64,000 nt of DNA, taken from the NCBI GenBank assembly GCA_049968255.1, contig JBMFRB010000003.1, forward strand, positions 224,998 to 288,997. The letters are read 5' to 3'. Under the pieces are notes generated by a model that worked only from the letters and a program-made list of their open reading frames with translations, did not search any database and was not told the origin of the DNA. Position numbers and translations under genes: made by a program. This DNA is from Candidatus Sumerlaeaceae bacterium (lineage in GTDB: Bacteria > Sumerlaeota > Sumerlaeia > Sumerlaeales > Sumerlaeaceae). Position 1 is the first letter of the stretch. The number at the start of each line of letters is the position of its first letter. Below, piece by piece: positions 9,468 to 19,317 of this stretch.

Positions 9468-10011
9468 CTAAAATCGCGACATCGAGATTTTCGCGCAGGA
9501 GTTCAGCGGCAAGCGCCGCAATTTTCTCGGAAGGGGCGAGAATTCGCACGTCGCGATGCGTGTCGTCCACGGTGGAAAAATGCATACGCCAACACTCCGA
9601 TGGCAAGGATTCGGCGAAGCGATCCCCCCATTCGACAAACGCAACTGCTGTAGGCGCCAGATCGTCAAAACCGAGATCAAGCAGTTCAGCGTAGGTGTCC
9701 AGGCGATAGACGTCGTAATGAACAAACTGCTCGATCCCCAAGCTATTCTGTGGCAGGTCATAAAGCTTCTGCAGGACGAACGTGGGGCTTGTCACAGGAT
9801 GAGCATAGCCAAACGTGGCCGCAAGTTGACGCACGAAAAACGTTTTGCCGCTGCCAAGTTCGCCTTCGAGCGAGACGACATCTCCGCCGCGCAGGCAACG
9901 CCCCACTGCAGCGGCCAGGCGCCGCATGTCATCTTGCGCTATCTGTCTCAGCGCGAGTGATTTCACCGCAGTCATAAGCTCACGTTGCCCAGGCGCACGC
10001 GGCGCCGACAA
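9460..10011 (-). CDS. tsaE: tRNA threonylcarbamoyladenosine biosynthesis ATPase TsaE (start may be the ATG at 9975)
   Basis: LEGELGSGKT Walker A, VTSPTF, HYDVYRL and FVEW motifs of the YjeE/TsaE family. Confidence 0.92.
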   Translation of the reverse strand: MSAPRAPGQRELMTAVKSLALRQIAQDDMRRLAAAVGRCLRGGDVVSLEGELGSGKTFFVRQLAATFGYAHPVTSPTFVLQKLYDLPQNSLGIEQFVHYDVYRLDTYAELLDLGFDDLAPTAVAFVEWGDRFAESLPSECWRMHFSTVDDTHRDVRILAPSEKIAALAAELLRENLDVAILDE

Positions 10012-10100
10012 GCGATTTCCTTCGGCGGCTATGTCACCTCACACGGTGAGGGGAGAATTTTGATTGCCCACACAGCCTTGCCAGGGCATGTGTGCGGCTC

Positions 10101-11234
10101 ATGAGAATCGCGCTCAATGCAATGCAGGTGCGCGCCGCCAAAAGCGGTGTTGGTCAGCACATTCATGGGTTGGTTGACGCGCTTATCGAACTGGCGCCTC
10201 AGGAAAAGATCACTCTCTACTGCACGCCGCAAAACGTGCGCAACTATGCTTTTCGCGCGCCGAATTACCAGGCGCGTGTGTGGGGACTGCCGGAAAAAGC
10301 GCGCTCGCTGCGACTACTCTACGAGTACACATTCCTGCCAGGTGAGCTTGCGCGCTGCGGCTACGATCTGTTTCATGGTCTGTCGAATTTCTTGCCGCTG
10401 CGCAAGGTTTGCCCCTACGTGGTGACAATCCACGACCTGTCGTACTACGTGCATCCGGAACGATGCCCGTGGTTAAGGCGCCAGTACTGGTACGCCATGA
10501 CACGCCGCACGGTCGAGCTCGCTGATGCCATGATCACCGTCAGTCACGCCAGTCGCCGCGATATTGAGCATTTTTTCCCCACTACACGCGGGCGCGTCCA
10601 TGTGATCCCGAACGCGGCCCATGCGCGTTTCCGCCCACTCGAGGTCGCGCGCGAAGCCACGTGCCTGCCCGCACTCGGCATCAACTTCCCGTACGTGCTG
10701 TTCGTTGGCACGCTTGAGCCCGGTAAAAACGTTGAGCGACTGATTCGGGCTTTCGACGTTGTTGCTGCCGATTTTCCGCAACACCATCTTGTCGTCGCTG
10801 GCGACCGTGGCTGGCTCTACGAAGGAATTTTTGCGGCAGCGCAGCAGGCGCGAGCCCGTGATCGCATTCATTTCCTTGGCCACCAGCCCGACGATGCTGT
10901 GGTTGAGCTCATGAACTTCTGCGATGTGTTCGTGTTTCCCTCGCTTTACGAAGGCTTTGGTCTGCCGCCGCTCGAAGCGATGGCTTGCGGCGCACCGGTC
11001 ATCACATCGAATGTGAGCTCGTTGCCCGAGGTCGTGGGCGATGCGGCGGTGCTCGTCAACCCGCTGAATAGTGAAGAAATTGCCGAGGCGATCCAGAAGG
11101 TCTTGAGCGACGAATCGTTACGTCGCGAGCTGCGTGAAAAAGGTCTTGCACGTGCAAGCAAATTCTCTTGGAAAAATGCGGCAAAAGAAACTTTAATGGT
11201 GTATCAAAGCATCCTCAGAAAAGGTCGTCCATGA
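10101..11234 (+). CDS. Glycosyltransferase family 4 (GT-B)
   Basis: VTIHDL, VGTLEPGKN, FVFPSLYEGFGLPPLEAMACG, SSLPEVVGDA; ATG at 10101. Confidence 0.93.
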   Translation: MRIALNAMQVRAAKSGVGQHIHGLVDALIELAPQEKITLYCTPQNVRNYAFRAPNYQARVWGLPEKARSLRLLYEYTFLPGELARCGYDLFHGLSNFLPLRKVCPYVVTIHDLSYYVHPERCPWLRRQYWYAMTRRTVELADAMITVSHASRRDIEHFFPTTRGRVHVIPNAAHARFRPLEVAREATCLPALGINFPYVLFVGTLEPGKNVERLIRAFDVVAADFPQHHLVVAGDRGWLYEGIFAAAQQARARDRIHFLGHQPDDAVVELMNFCDVFVFPSLYEGFGLPPLEAMACGAPVITSNVSSLPEVVGDAAVLVNPLNSEEIAEAIQKVLSDESLRRELREKGLARASKFSWKNAAKETLMVYQSILRKGRP

Positions 11235-13390
11235 GCCAAACTGCCAGCAAACGCCGCATTCGCATCGGAATTGACGTCGGCGGCACGTTCACCCATGCCG
11301 TGGCGATTGAAGCCTCCAGCCTTGAGATCGTAGCGCAGGTCAAGGTGCCCACGACCCACCGCCACGAGCGCGGTGTGGCTGCCGGCATTGTGCAGGCGCT
11401 GTTCCAGCTGCTGCGCGAGGGCAACATTAGCTCCGACGAAATCGTTCTCATTGCCCACTCAACTACTCAGGCCACCAACGCACTGCTCGAGGGCGATGTC
11501 GCACCTGTCGGCATTGTGGGAATGGCGGGCGGTCTTGGTCGAAGCCGTGCGCGCGGTCAAACCCGTCTTGGCGATATGGAGTTGGCTCCCGGCCGATTCC
11601 TTCGCACGTATCACGTTTTCCTCGATATAACCCAGGGACTCACCGAAGAGCAGGTGGCCAGAGCGGTAGACCAGCTTCTCGAGCAAGGTGCCAAGGTCAT
11701 CGTCGCCAGCGCAGCCTTCAGCGTTGAAGATCCCCAGTACGAAGATCTCGTGGTGGAACATTGCCACAAGCGTGGCATCCTGGCGACGGCCGCTTATCAG
11801 ATCTCGCAGCTCTACGGCCTGCGGGCGCGCACGCGAACGGCAGTCATCAATGCCTCGATGCTACCGAAAATGCTTGAGACGGCCGACATGACCGAGGCGA
11901 GTGTGCGTGAGGCTGGCATTAGCGCACCGCTCATGATCATGCGCAGCGACGGCGGCATCATGGACATTGCCGAAATGCGCCGGCGCCCCATCCTCACGAT
12001 GCTCAGCGGGCCGGCAGCCGGCGTCGCCGCTGCCCTTATGTATGCTCGCATCAGCGATGGCATCTTTCTCGAAGTCGGGGGCACGTCCACGGATATCAGT
12101 GCGATCCGCAACGGCAAATCCCTCGTCAAAAGTGCCGTGGTCGGCGGGCACCGTCTTTATCTGCGCACCTTGGACGTCCGCACTCTCGGTGTTGCTGGAG
12201 GCAGTTTGCCACGCACTCAAGGGCACAACGTCGTGGATGTAGGGCCACGCAGCGCCCACATCGCAGGCGTGGGGTATGCAGCGTTTCAAAATCAACTGAG
12301 TGGGGAGATTACGACAGAGCATTTCAGGCCACTCGACGGCGATCCCGCCGACTATGTGCGCATGCGCAGCGCCGAGGGCGATGTTTTCTCTGTCACGCCA
12401 ACATGCATGGCCAATTTTCTTGGGCTCGTGCCCGAAGACAATTGTGCTCGCGGCAACATCGAAAGCATTCGCCACGCGGTGGCTGCGCTGTGCCGGTTCG
12501 TGCGCCGCGACGCGGATTCCCTTGCTCACGAGTATATGACCAAAGCCACAACCCGCGTTCGCCAAGTAGTGGAAGAAATGATAGAAGATTACGAGCTTGA
12601 CCCCCAGCTTTTGGTGCTCACGGGCGGCGGCGGTGGTGCTGCAGCGATTGTGCCTTTTACCGCAAAATCTATGGGCTTGCCATACGAAATTGCGCCGAAC
12701 TCTGCCGTGATCTCAGCCATTGGCGTGGCGCTAGCGCTTGTGCGCGACACTATCGAAAAAACTGTAGTGAACCCGACTGAGAAGGACATCCTTCAGATTC
12801 GCCAAGAGGCCGAGGAAGCTGTCGTGCGGATGGGAGCCGCTCCCGAAACCGTCGAAGTGCAGATCGAAATTGATGCACAGAAGAACATCTTGCGTGCGTC
12901 GGCCACGGGCACAACGGAACTGCGCACGCGCGATTTATCCAAAGCCGCGCTTAGCGATGCAGAACTCGATGCGCGCGTGCGCCAAAGCGTGCGCGGTGAA
13001 ATCGAAACCTTCGAACGTGTCGCCGAAGTTGGTAATTTGCTGGTCTATCGTGCGGTGACAGTCACACGCAAACTCGGCGGACTGCTGAGGCGCCGTGATA
13101 CGCAGCTGCGCGTCATTGACCGCGAAGGCATTATCCGCCTTCAACTGCGGCGCGGCGATTGTCTCGCGGGCACAAAAGCCAGCGTTCTGGGCGGGTTGAA
13201 AGAGTTTTTCGAGAAACACACCGTCTATGGCGACGCAGGTCGCGAGTTTCCGGACGTGTTCCTGCTCTTTCGTGGCCGTATTCTCGATCTCTCGGGCCTC
13301 ATGAACATCGATCAAATACTTTCCCTAACGCAGGTGGAAACCGCGGCACTCGCAAGCCATGAACCCATGGCTGCGCTCATCAAATATTAG
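11231..13390 (+). CDS. Hydantoinase A/oxoprolinase-family (actin-like ATPase fold) protein
   Basis: IGIDVGGTFTH, HSTTQATNALLE, MRSDGG, LSGPAAG, EVGGTSTDIS, VGPRSA; ATGA overlap with the GT4 stop at 11231-11234. Confidence 0.85.
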   Translation: MSQTASKRRIRIGIDVGGTFTHAVAIEASSLEIVAQVKVPTTHRHERGVAAGIVQALFQLLREGNISSDEIVLIAHSTTQATNALLEGDVAPVGIVGMAGGLGRSRARGQTRLGDMELAPGRFLRTYHVFLDITQGLTEEQVARAVDQLLEQGAKVIVASAAFSVEDPQYEDLVVEHCHKRGILATAAYQISQLYGLRARTRTAVINASMLPKMLETADMTEASVREAGISAPLMIMRSDGGIMDIAEMRRRPILTMLSGPAAGVAAALMYARISDGIFLEVGGTSTDISAIRNGKSLVKSAVVGGHRLYLRTLDVRTLGVAGGSLPRTQGHNVVDVGPRSAHIAGVGYAAFQNQLSGEITTEHFRPLDGDPADYVRMRSAEGDVFSVTPTCMANFLGLVPEDNCARGNIESIRHAVAALCRFVRRDADSLAHEYMTKATTRVRQVVEEMIEDYELDPQLLVLTGGGGGAAAIVPFTAKSMGLPYEIAPNSAVISAIGVALALVRDTIEKTVVNPTEKDILQIRQEAEEAVVRMGAAPETVEVQIEIDAQKNILRASATGTTELRTRDLSKAALSDAELDARVRQSVRGEIETFERVAEVGNLLVYRAVTVTRKLGGLLRRRDTQLRVIDREGIIRLQLRRGDCLAGTKASVLGGLKEFFEKHTVYGDAGREFPDVFLLFRGRILDLSGLMNIDQILSLTQVETAALASHEPMAALIKY

Positions 13391-14667
13391 TGCACGTCGT
13401 TTTTCCGAAAGCGCATAATCAGCTCGGCACCGTAAACGTAGCGATGGTCGAGGTACGTGCAATCCAGCGCTTCGACTTCCTCTTTCAGCGACGCGAATGT
13501 GTAGTGCGTGATGTGTTCGTCAGCATAGCCGCCGGGGTGCACCGCCCCGTAGATTTTCTCAATGGTGGTCCACCATGTGGCATAGTCGGGTGTGCCGACA
13601 ACCACGATGCCACCAGGCCGCACCACCCGCACGACTTCACTGAGAATTTTCGGGTCGCGTGGCAAGTGCTCAATGACCTGAGAAAAAATCACTGCGTCGT
13701 AGGATTCGGAAGCAAAGGGCAAGTCAAAGACGCTTGCCCTCACAAGACCGCCGCTGCGCCCCCGCTTGTGGCGGAGTTTGTTGAGGCGAATGTCGCAACC
13801 ATCGGCCTGGGGCAAGCCCTCGAGCACTTGGCTCGATCCGCATCCGATATCCAGCACACGCGGACAATCCCGCACCATTTCCACAAGCGCGTGATAACGC
13901 CAGCGTTGCCACGAGCGCTGAAACCAGATCCGGCTATGGAAGGCGCGCTCGTCATAGTCTGCGCAGTCAATCGAGTTTCGCAGCTGCCACAGCGGGTAGA
14001 GGGTTGTCAGGTAACCTTGCGCCATCTGCCAAAACGTGAAATCTGGCCGCCGCGAGAGAGGAAAATAGTGCAAGGGGACTTCGGCGAGGCGAAAACCCGC
14101 AGCGTAGCTTCGCACAAGGATTTCGAGAAGGACAGAAAACCCTTCATGCTCGAACGAGACTTCATCAAACACCCGCCGCCTGTAAAGGCGAAAGCTCGAA
14201 GATAAATCGCGAACAGGAAAATCAAGAACCCAGCCAATGAACCGATTGGCCCAACGGGCTGCTGTGGACCGTAGCCAGTTTCCATTGTCGTAACCGCACT
14301 CAACGAATCGCGACGCGACAACGAGGTCAGCTTCGGTGCGCCTGTGGAAGAGCTCTGGGATGATAAAGGGGCTATGGGCAAGGCCTGTTTCCATCGTGAG
14401 GATCCACTCCCCCCCCGCAAGCCGCAGAGCTTCACGCAGCGAGTCGCCGTAGTTGCCAGGGTAACGATAGGTTTGAGACGCGAAAGGCTCTAGCGCCTGC
14501 TCAACGCTGGGCTGCCCCGTTGCAGGCAAAGTCGCGATGACTTCCCAGCGCGTGCCCTCAGGAAGGCGCGCACACGCAAGAGGAAGTCGTTCGAGTAGGC
14601 GGCGCGCAGCGCCAGCATCTGGAACGTATGGAAGAACAATGCTGAGATCGAATTGATGTGTTATCAT
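13387..14667 (-). CDS. GT2 (polyprenol-phosphate glycosyltransferase-like) domain fused to a class I SAM methyltransferase
   Basis: N-half DLVVASRF, RDLSSSFRLYRR, EVPL (DPM1-like); C-half VLDIGCGS, LPFASESYD, VIEH, RVVRPGG. Confidence 0.8.
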   Translation of the reverse strand: MITHQFDLSIVLPYVPDAGAARRLLERLPLACARLPEGTRWEVIATLPATGQPSVEQALEPFASQTYRYPGNYGDSLREALRLAGGEWILTMETGLAHSPFIIPELFHRRTEADLVVASRFVECGYDNGNWLRSTAARWANRFIGWVLDFPVRDLSSSFRLYRRRVFDEVSFEHEGFSVLLEILVRSYAAGFRLAEVPLHYFPLSRRPDFTFWQMAQGYLTTLYPLWQLRNSIDCADYDERAFHSRIWFQRSWQRWRYHALVEMVRDCPRVLDIGCGSSQVLEGLPQADGCDIRLNKLRHKRGRSGGLVRASVFDLPFASESYDAVIFSQVIEHLPRDPKILSEVVRVVRPGGIVVVGTPDYATWWTTIEKIYGAVHPGGYADEHITHYTFASLKEEVEALDCTYLDHRYVYGAELIMRFRKNDVH

Positions 14668-15036
14668 CGCGCAAAATCACAGTTTTTAGGATAAGCTGCA
14701 TGCTCCCACGTTGAAAAAGCGCACGCTCATGAGCAAGGCCCAAAAACAGAATGTGCTTCAACCTGTGCCGGTAAGCGGCGGGGAGGATTTCGTCCACTGG
14801 CGCAGGGCTAGCACCTGCCGCACCTATGACGAAAAGCAACCGCATGAGCGCCACGAAGGACGGACCATGTGTGAGGTGCCCAAGGCAACTCTCCCTCACG
14901 CTCTTTATCGGGGCAATTGCCCAATGATTTGGGAACGAAGTCCTCACGGCGCTGAGCTCTCATTTCTCGCACGCAGGAAGAGATGGACTGGTAAGCCCCG
15001 TCTCCCACGATGGACGATGTGCGGCCTGAGGACTTC

Positions 15037-16227
15037 CTATGTTTGTTGCAGCGGCCCTGCAAGAGCGGCAGGCAGATCCACGCGGAAAATTGTCCCCTGC
15101 TCTGCTGAACTTTCGAAAGAGACATGCCCCTCAAGATACTTCTCCGCAAAAAGCTTTATCGAGTAAGTTCCCAAACCGCGACCAGTTCCTTTCGTGCTAT
15201 AAGAACGTTGGAAAATCTGAAGCTGGACTTCGTGCGGGATCATTCCCGGATTATGCACCTCAAAGCGCACGCCGCCGTTATGGCGCAAGCAGCGCAAAGT
15301 CACCGTCTGGCCCTCGCCGATTGCTTCAAGTCCATTTTTCACCATATTCTCGATCACGCGCGAGAGAAGAGTTTTGTCCGTGACGATTTCGACGTCTTCG
15401 CTCTGCGGATCGATCACGATGGTACGTCCCTGTGCCACCGGATGCAGGCGATAAGTCTCAGCAATCTCATGAATCAGCGCCCGCGCCGACACTTGCGCGG
15501 GGAACACTTCCAAATCCCCGCGCTCCGCTGCGCTGAGCAATTGCTGACCGCGAATTTCCTGAATAAGGCGCGACGTCAGCCGGACAATCCGCATGCGCAC
15601 CTCCTCGAGTTCCTCCGGCGTGATCTCACCAAGGTACTCGCTAAAGCCATGAATTGCGCCAGCGAGATTCAACAGATCGTGGAAGAACAGGCGTTCGAGC
15701 GCCGCACGTCGTTTTTCGTGTGTGATATCGGAGAGAGCAAAAATAGAAAAGTGTTGGCCCGCGATTGAGATCGGCTTGGTCCAAACACGAAACTCCAGTG
15801 CATCTTTTGTCGAGCGCAAGATGCGGCACTCCTCGGTCATTTCCTGGCCGTAAAGGCTACCGACGATAGCCTTCATTGCGCCACATGTCCGGCAAAATTC
15901 GGTTGTGCCACACCCTTGCGGCGCTTCCGTAGCGTGGATGCAGTTGAAGACCTCTCCCGGTCGCAAACCGCAAAAATCGTCGGGGCTCTGGCAGCCAAGG
16001 ACCTTGAACAATCGCCTGTTCGCGAACACGATTTGCCGCTTGTCGTTGAGCACAAGAATAATGTTTGGCACAGCATCCAGAAAGGTGCGCAGCAGCGGCA
16101 CATTCTCGAAAATCGCCTTCGCCTGAGCTATCTCTTGGAGCGTTGACCGCTTGCCCGGGAGGCAATTCTTTGGCAAAAGAGAAGCGCTCAGCCATGTCGG
16201 AGCGGCGGATTCATTTGGTCTTGTCAT
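15037..16227 (-). CDS. PAS-domain sensor histidine kinase (cytoplasmic, Cys-rich PAS)
   Basis: PAS-like FLDAVPNIILVLNDKRQIVFAN; H-box FFHDLLN; N-box NMVKNGLEA; F/G boxes IFQRSYSTKGTGRGLG; no transmembrane helix. Confidence 0.88.
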   Translation of the reverse strand: MTRPNESAAPTWLSASLLPKNCLPGKRSTLQEIAQAKAIFENVPLLRTFLDAVPNIILVLNDKRQIVFANRRLFKVLGCQSPDDFCGLRPGEVFNCIHATEAPQGCGTTEFCRTCGAMKAIVGSLYGQEMTEECRILRSTKDALEFRVWTKPISIAGQHFSIFALSDITHEKRRAALERLFFHDLLNLAGAIHGFSEYLGEITPEELEEVRMRIVRLTSRLIQEIRGQQLLSAAERGDLEVFPAQVSARALIHEIAETYRLHPVAQGRTIVIDPQSEDVEIVTDKTLLSRVIENMVKNGLEAIGEGQTVTLRCLRHNGGVRFEVHNPGMIPHEVQLQIFQRSYSTKGTGRGLGTYSIKLFAEKYLEGHVSFESSAEQGTIFRVDLPAALAGPLQQT

Positions 16228-16650
16228 CTTGTCGCAAAGGCTAGCATGAGGCGATAGACGACTTCCAGCTGAAAATGAATAGAGAGTTGGCCCGCGCCTC
16301 GAAACCGCCCGTGAAGAACTATCCTCTTGTGGCCAGGCTAGTGCACTGGAATCGCTGACTTCATTTTCGCGGCAGTGAGCAGCTCAAAATGTGCACGTGT
16401 ACGTCGTCACCAAATCCCCGGGGCTGAGGGGAAGTCCTAAGCGAAAAAACTCACGATGATATCGGGTGAAGGTGGGCAAGAGTCGACCCGCCTACTAGTT
16501 GGGATCTCGGCTGGGCGCGGACAGCTCTTCGCATGACGGGCAAAGGGCTCTGTGCGCCGTGGATAGGTGCAAAAACTGCGCACACGAGCGGCGCGGCGGG
16601 GCGTTGTGCCCCTTTTCACCTAGGGAGGAAGCTTAGCGTGGCCGGCGGGC

Positions 16651-19158
16651 TTATTCAACTCCTCCAGCTTCGTCTGCCACGACGTCAAAATGAATGATGC
16701 TGGCTCGCCCCCTCTCATCCACGCATCGCAATTCATGGCGTCCCACTTCGGGCAGCCACGAAAGAGGCGCGCCCGCGGCTTGGACACCTACAAGCTCGCC
16801 ATCAAGCAACCAGTAGAGCCTCGATGTGACGGCATCGCACACCGCCTCGAACTTGATTTTTTGGAATTCGCGCTCTCGGAACGAAGCGAGAACAAACGTC
16901 TCGCCGTCGTGCGGCGCCACGATTTGCGGCGGGTGCCCTTGACGCATGGTCGGGCAGCCGGCGTAGTGCGGCGGCAGGCCCTCAAGCTTTCCTTGCGCCC
17001 GCAACCAGCTCGCGACGGCAGGGGACCAATCCGTAGCGATGATCTCTTTTAGTCGCCGTCCGGCCATGCAGCGCGGGCACACGAGAGTGAGTGTCTCGCA
17101 CTCCACAAGCAATTTCTTGTGAGTCCGGCAGACATGGGCGGCTCCGGAGGATGTGAATTGCTTGCTGAGCTTGGCAGAGTGCGTCGTGGGGCAGAGCTCG
17201 CACGCAAGGTCGCCGGATTGATCACAAATGACCACCTGTTCAACTTCCTGGGGTGGACGTGGCCACTCTGGCGATTGGGCATACTTTTTAGCCAGCTCGT
17301 TGATGATCTTCAGCGCAACCGGCGCAGCCACTCGGCCTCCCACAAGCGCCGGACTCGGTTTCCCATCGAAGTTGCCAAACCAGACCCCCACCGTAACATG
17401 CGCGTTGTAGGCAAGCGTCCACGCGTCGCGGTACCCATTGCTTGTCCCTGTTTTCCATGCCACGCTGTGGATCCCGCGTAGCTCCGGACTCACTTCTTGC
17501 ACGTCACGCAGCCGTTCGTCACAGAGAATAGAATTAACATAGTAGCATGTGTCCTTGCTCAGAAGACGCACGGGTGCGCTCGTTGGCGAGTCTTTAGGCG
17601 TCAGAAGGCGTTCGCGAGCCTGCCGCAGGTTCCATTGGCGCGCCGCTGCAAAGAGCAGTGGTTCGTCGTGCCCCGGCGGATAAACCAGTCGATAGGGGCG
17701 CCACACGCCCCCGCGTGCCAGCATGGCATAGGCATTAGCCAATTCGAGCAAGCGCACGCTGCATGTGCCTACGGCAAGCGTCAAGCCGAGCTCTCCGTCG
17801 CGTGGCATCATCCGCCGCACTCCCGCCGCGTCCAAGAATTCGAGCACGGCGGCCGGTCCGATGCGCTCGAGCACCTGCATCGCGGGCACGTTGAGCGACC
17901 AGGCAAGGGCCCGATCCAGGGGCACGAGCCCCCGCCACTGGAGATCATAATTATGTGGATCGTAATTTGTGAAGAGCCCGGGCACATCGGCCAGCATGCT
18001 CGTTGGCCACACGACGTTGCGTTCGAGAGCGAGCGCGTAGACGAACGGCTTGAGAGTGGATCCGGGCGAACGAGGGGCGAAGGCACCGTTGACCTGACCT
18101 GAAATTGAGCGATCCCAATAGTCGGCACTTCCCACAAGGGCCAGCACGTCGCCACTTCCGTTTTCGAGCACGACAGCAGCGGCGTTTGTAACATTCTGTC
18201 CTCTCAGTTTTTCAAGTTGCTCGCGCAGCGTTCGCTCAACCGAAAGCTGCACGTCCAGATCGAGCGTTGTGTGCACACGTGGTTCTGCAGGGAAGCGTGT
18301 GTGAACCAGGTCACAAAAGTGCGGGGCATAGACCGGCGGCATCGCCGTAGAGATTTGCGGGATGTGGTGGGCCGCTCGCCGCAAATCGTCCGACGAAAGA
18401 AAACCACATTCTTTCATTCGATGGAGCACAAACAAGGCACGGCGCCGAGCCACCGTAGGGAAACGATCAGGGCGATATCGGGAAGGCGCCTGAGGGAGGC
18501 CGGCGAGCAAGGCTGCCTCGGCCGGCGAAAGCGTTCGCGCAGACTTGCCCAAGTAGCGCCACGCCGCTGCTTCGATGCCACGGATGTTGCCCCCGTAAGG
18601 TGCGTTCGTCAAATAGAGCTCAAGAATTTGCTCTTTGGTGCGGCGGCGTTCGAGCTGAAGCGCCCGCACGATTTGCCTGAACTTTCGCCACAGCGTGCGC
18701 TCGCGCGTGTCCGCGAGCCCTACGACTTGCATCGTGATTGTTGAAGCGCCGGACATAATGCGCCCGTGCGTGAGATTCTGCCAGGTTGCACGGGCCAGTG
18801 CCATCAAATCCACGCCTTTGTGGCGATAGAAGCGCCGATCTTCCGCCGCTAGCGTGGCGCGCACCACCCAGGGAGAAATTTCGCTCAGCGGCACCGCCAT
18901 GCGCCACTGTTCGTCTCGCGCAAGATACGCACGCAGAAACCGACCGTGGCGATCAAACAACGTGCTAGAAACTTCTCCCGTAAAAAGGGCATCAGGGTCA
19001 AAAGGCAAAAATGCCACCAGCAACGCCAATACGAAACTAGCGGCCAACACAGCCGCTGCCACGATCACAGCGCCGCGGCTTAGAATTCTGCTCCACTGCC
19101 GGATATTTTTTGCGTGCATCTCGTCAAGCGCTTTTTTGCATTGCTTGAAAATCCTCAC
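16651..19158 (-). CDS. pbpC: Penicillin-binding protein 1C (transglycosylase/transpeptidase); exact start uncertain
   Basis: EDRRFYRHKGVD, SGASTITMQV, YLTNAPYGGN; SPGSTLKPF (SxxK), SLN, KTGTS; C-terminal domain LYWLLDG..GRHELRCVD typical of PBP1C. Confidence 0.88.
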   Translation of the reverse strand: MRIFKQCKKALDEMHAKNIRQWSRILSRGAVIVAAAVLAASFVLALLVAFLPFDPDALFTGEVSSTLFDRHGRFLRAYLARDEQWRMAVPLSEISPWVVRATLAAEDRRFYRHKGVDLMALARATWQNLTHGRIMSGASTITMQVVGLADTRERTLWRKFRQIVRALQLERRRTKEQILELYLTNAPYGGNIRGIEAAAWRYLGKSARTLSPAEAALLAGLPQAPSRYRPDRFPTVARRRALFVLHRMKECGFLSSDDLRRAAHHIPQISTAMPPVYAPHFCDLVHTRFPAEPRVHTTLDLDVQLSVERTLREQLEKLRGQNVTNAAAVVLENGSGDVLALVGSADYWDRSISGQVNGAFAPRSPGSTLKPFVYALALERNVVWPTSMLADVPGLFTNYDPHNYDLQWRGLVPLDRALAWSLNVPAMQVLERIGPAAVLEFLDAAGVRRMMPRDGELGLTLAVGTCSVRLLELANAYAMLARGGVWRPYRLVYPPGHDEPLLFAAARQWNLRQARERLLTPKDSPTSAPVRLLSKDTCYYVNSILCDERLRDVQEVSPELRGIHSVAWKTGTSNGYRDAWTLAYNAHVTVGVWFGNFDGKPSPALVGGRVAAPVALKIINELAKKYAQSPEWPRPPQEVEQVVICDQSGDLACELCPTTHSAKLSKQFTSSGAAHVCRTHKKLLVECETLTLVCPRCMAGRRLKEIIATDWSPAVASWLRAQGKLEGLPPHYAGCPTMRQGHPPQIVAPHDGETFVLASFREREFQKIKFEAVCDAVTSRLYWLLDGELVGVQAAGAPLSWLPEVGRHELRCVDERGRASIIHFDVVADEAGGVE

Positions 19159-19317
19159 ACTTCAACCCCAGGTTTTTCTAGTTAGAAGCAGGTCAGCTAT
19201 TGTCGCGAAATTCCCATTGCCATATTTTAGGCTTTTAGGTTTTGAAACGATTCATGTATGGGTTGAACTGGAAGGCATCCTGATCGCGCCACTGGGTTGC
19301 TTAGGAAAAACGGTGCC

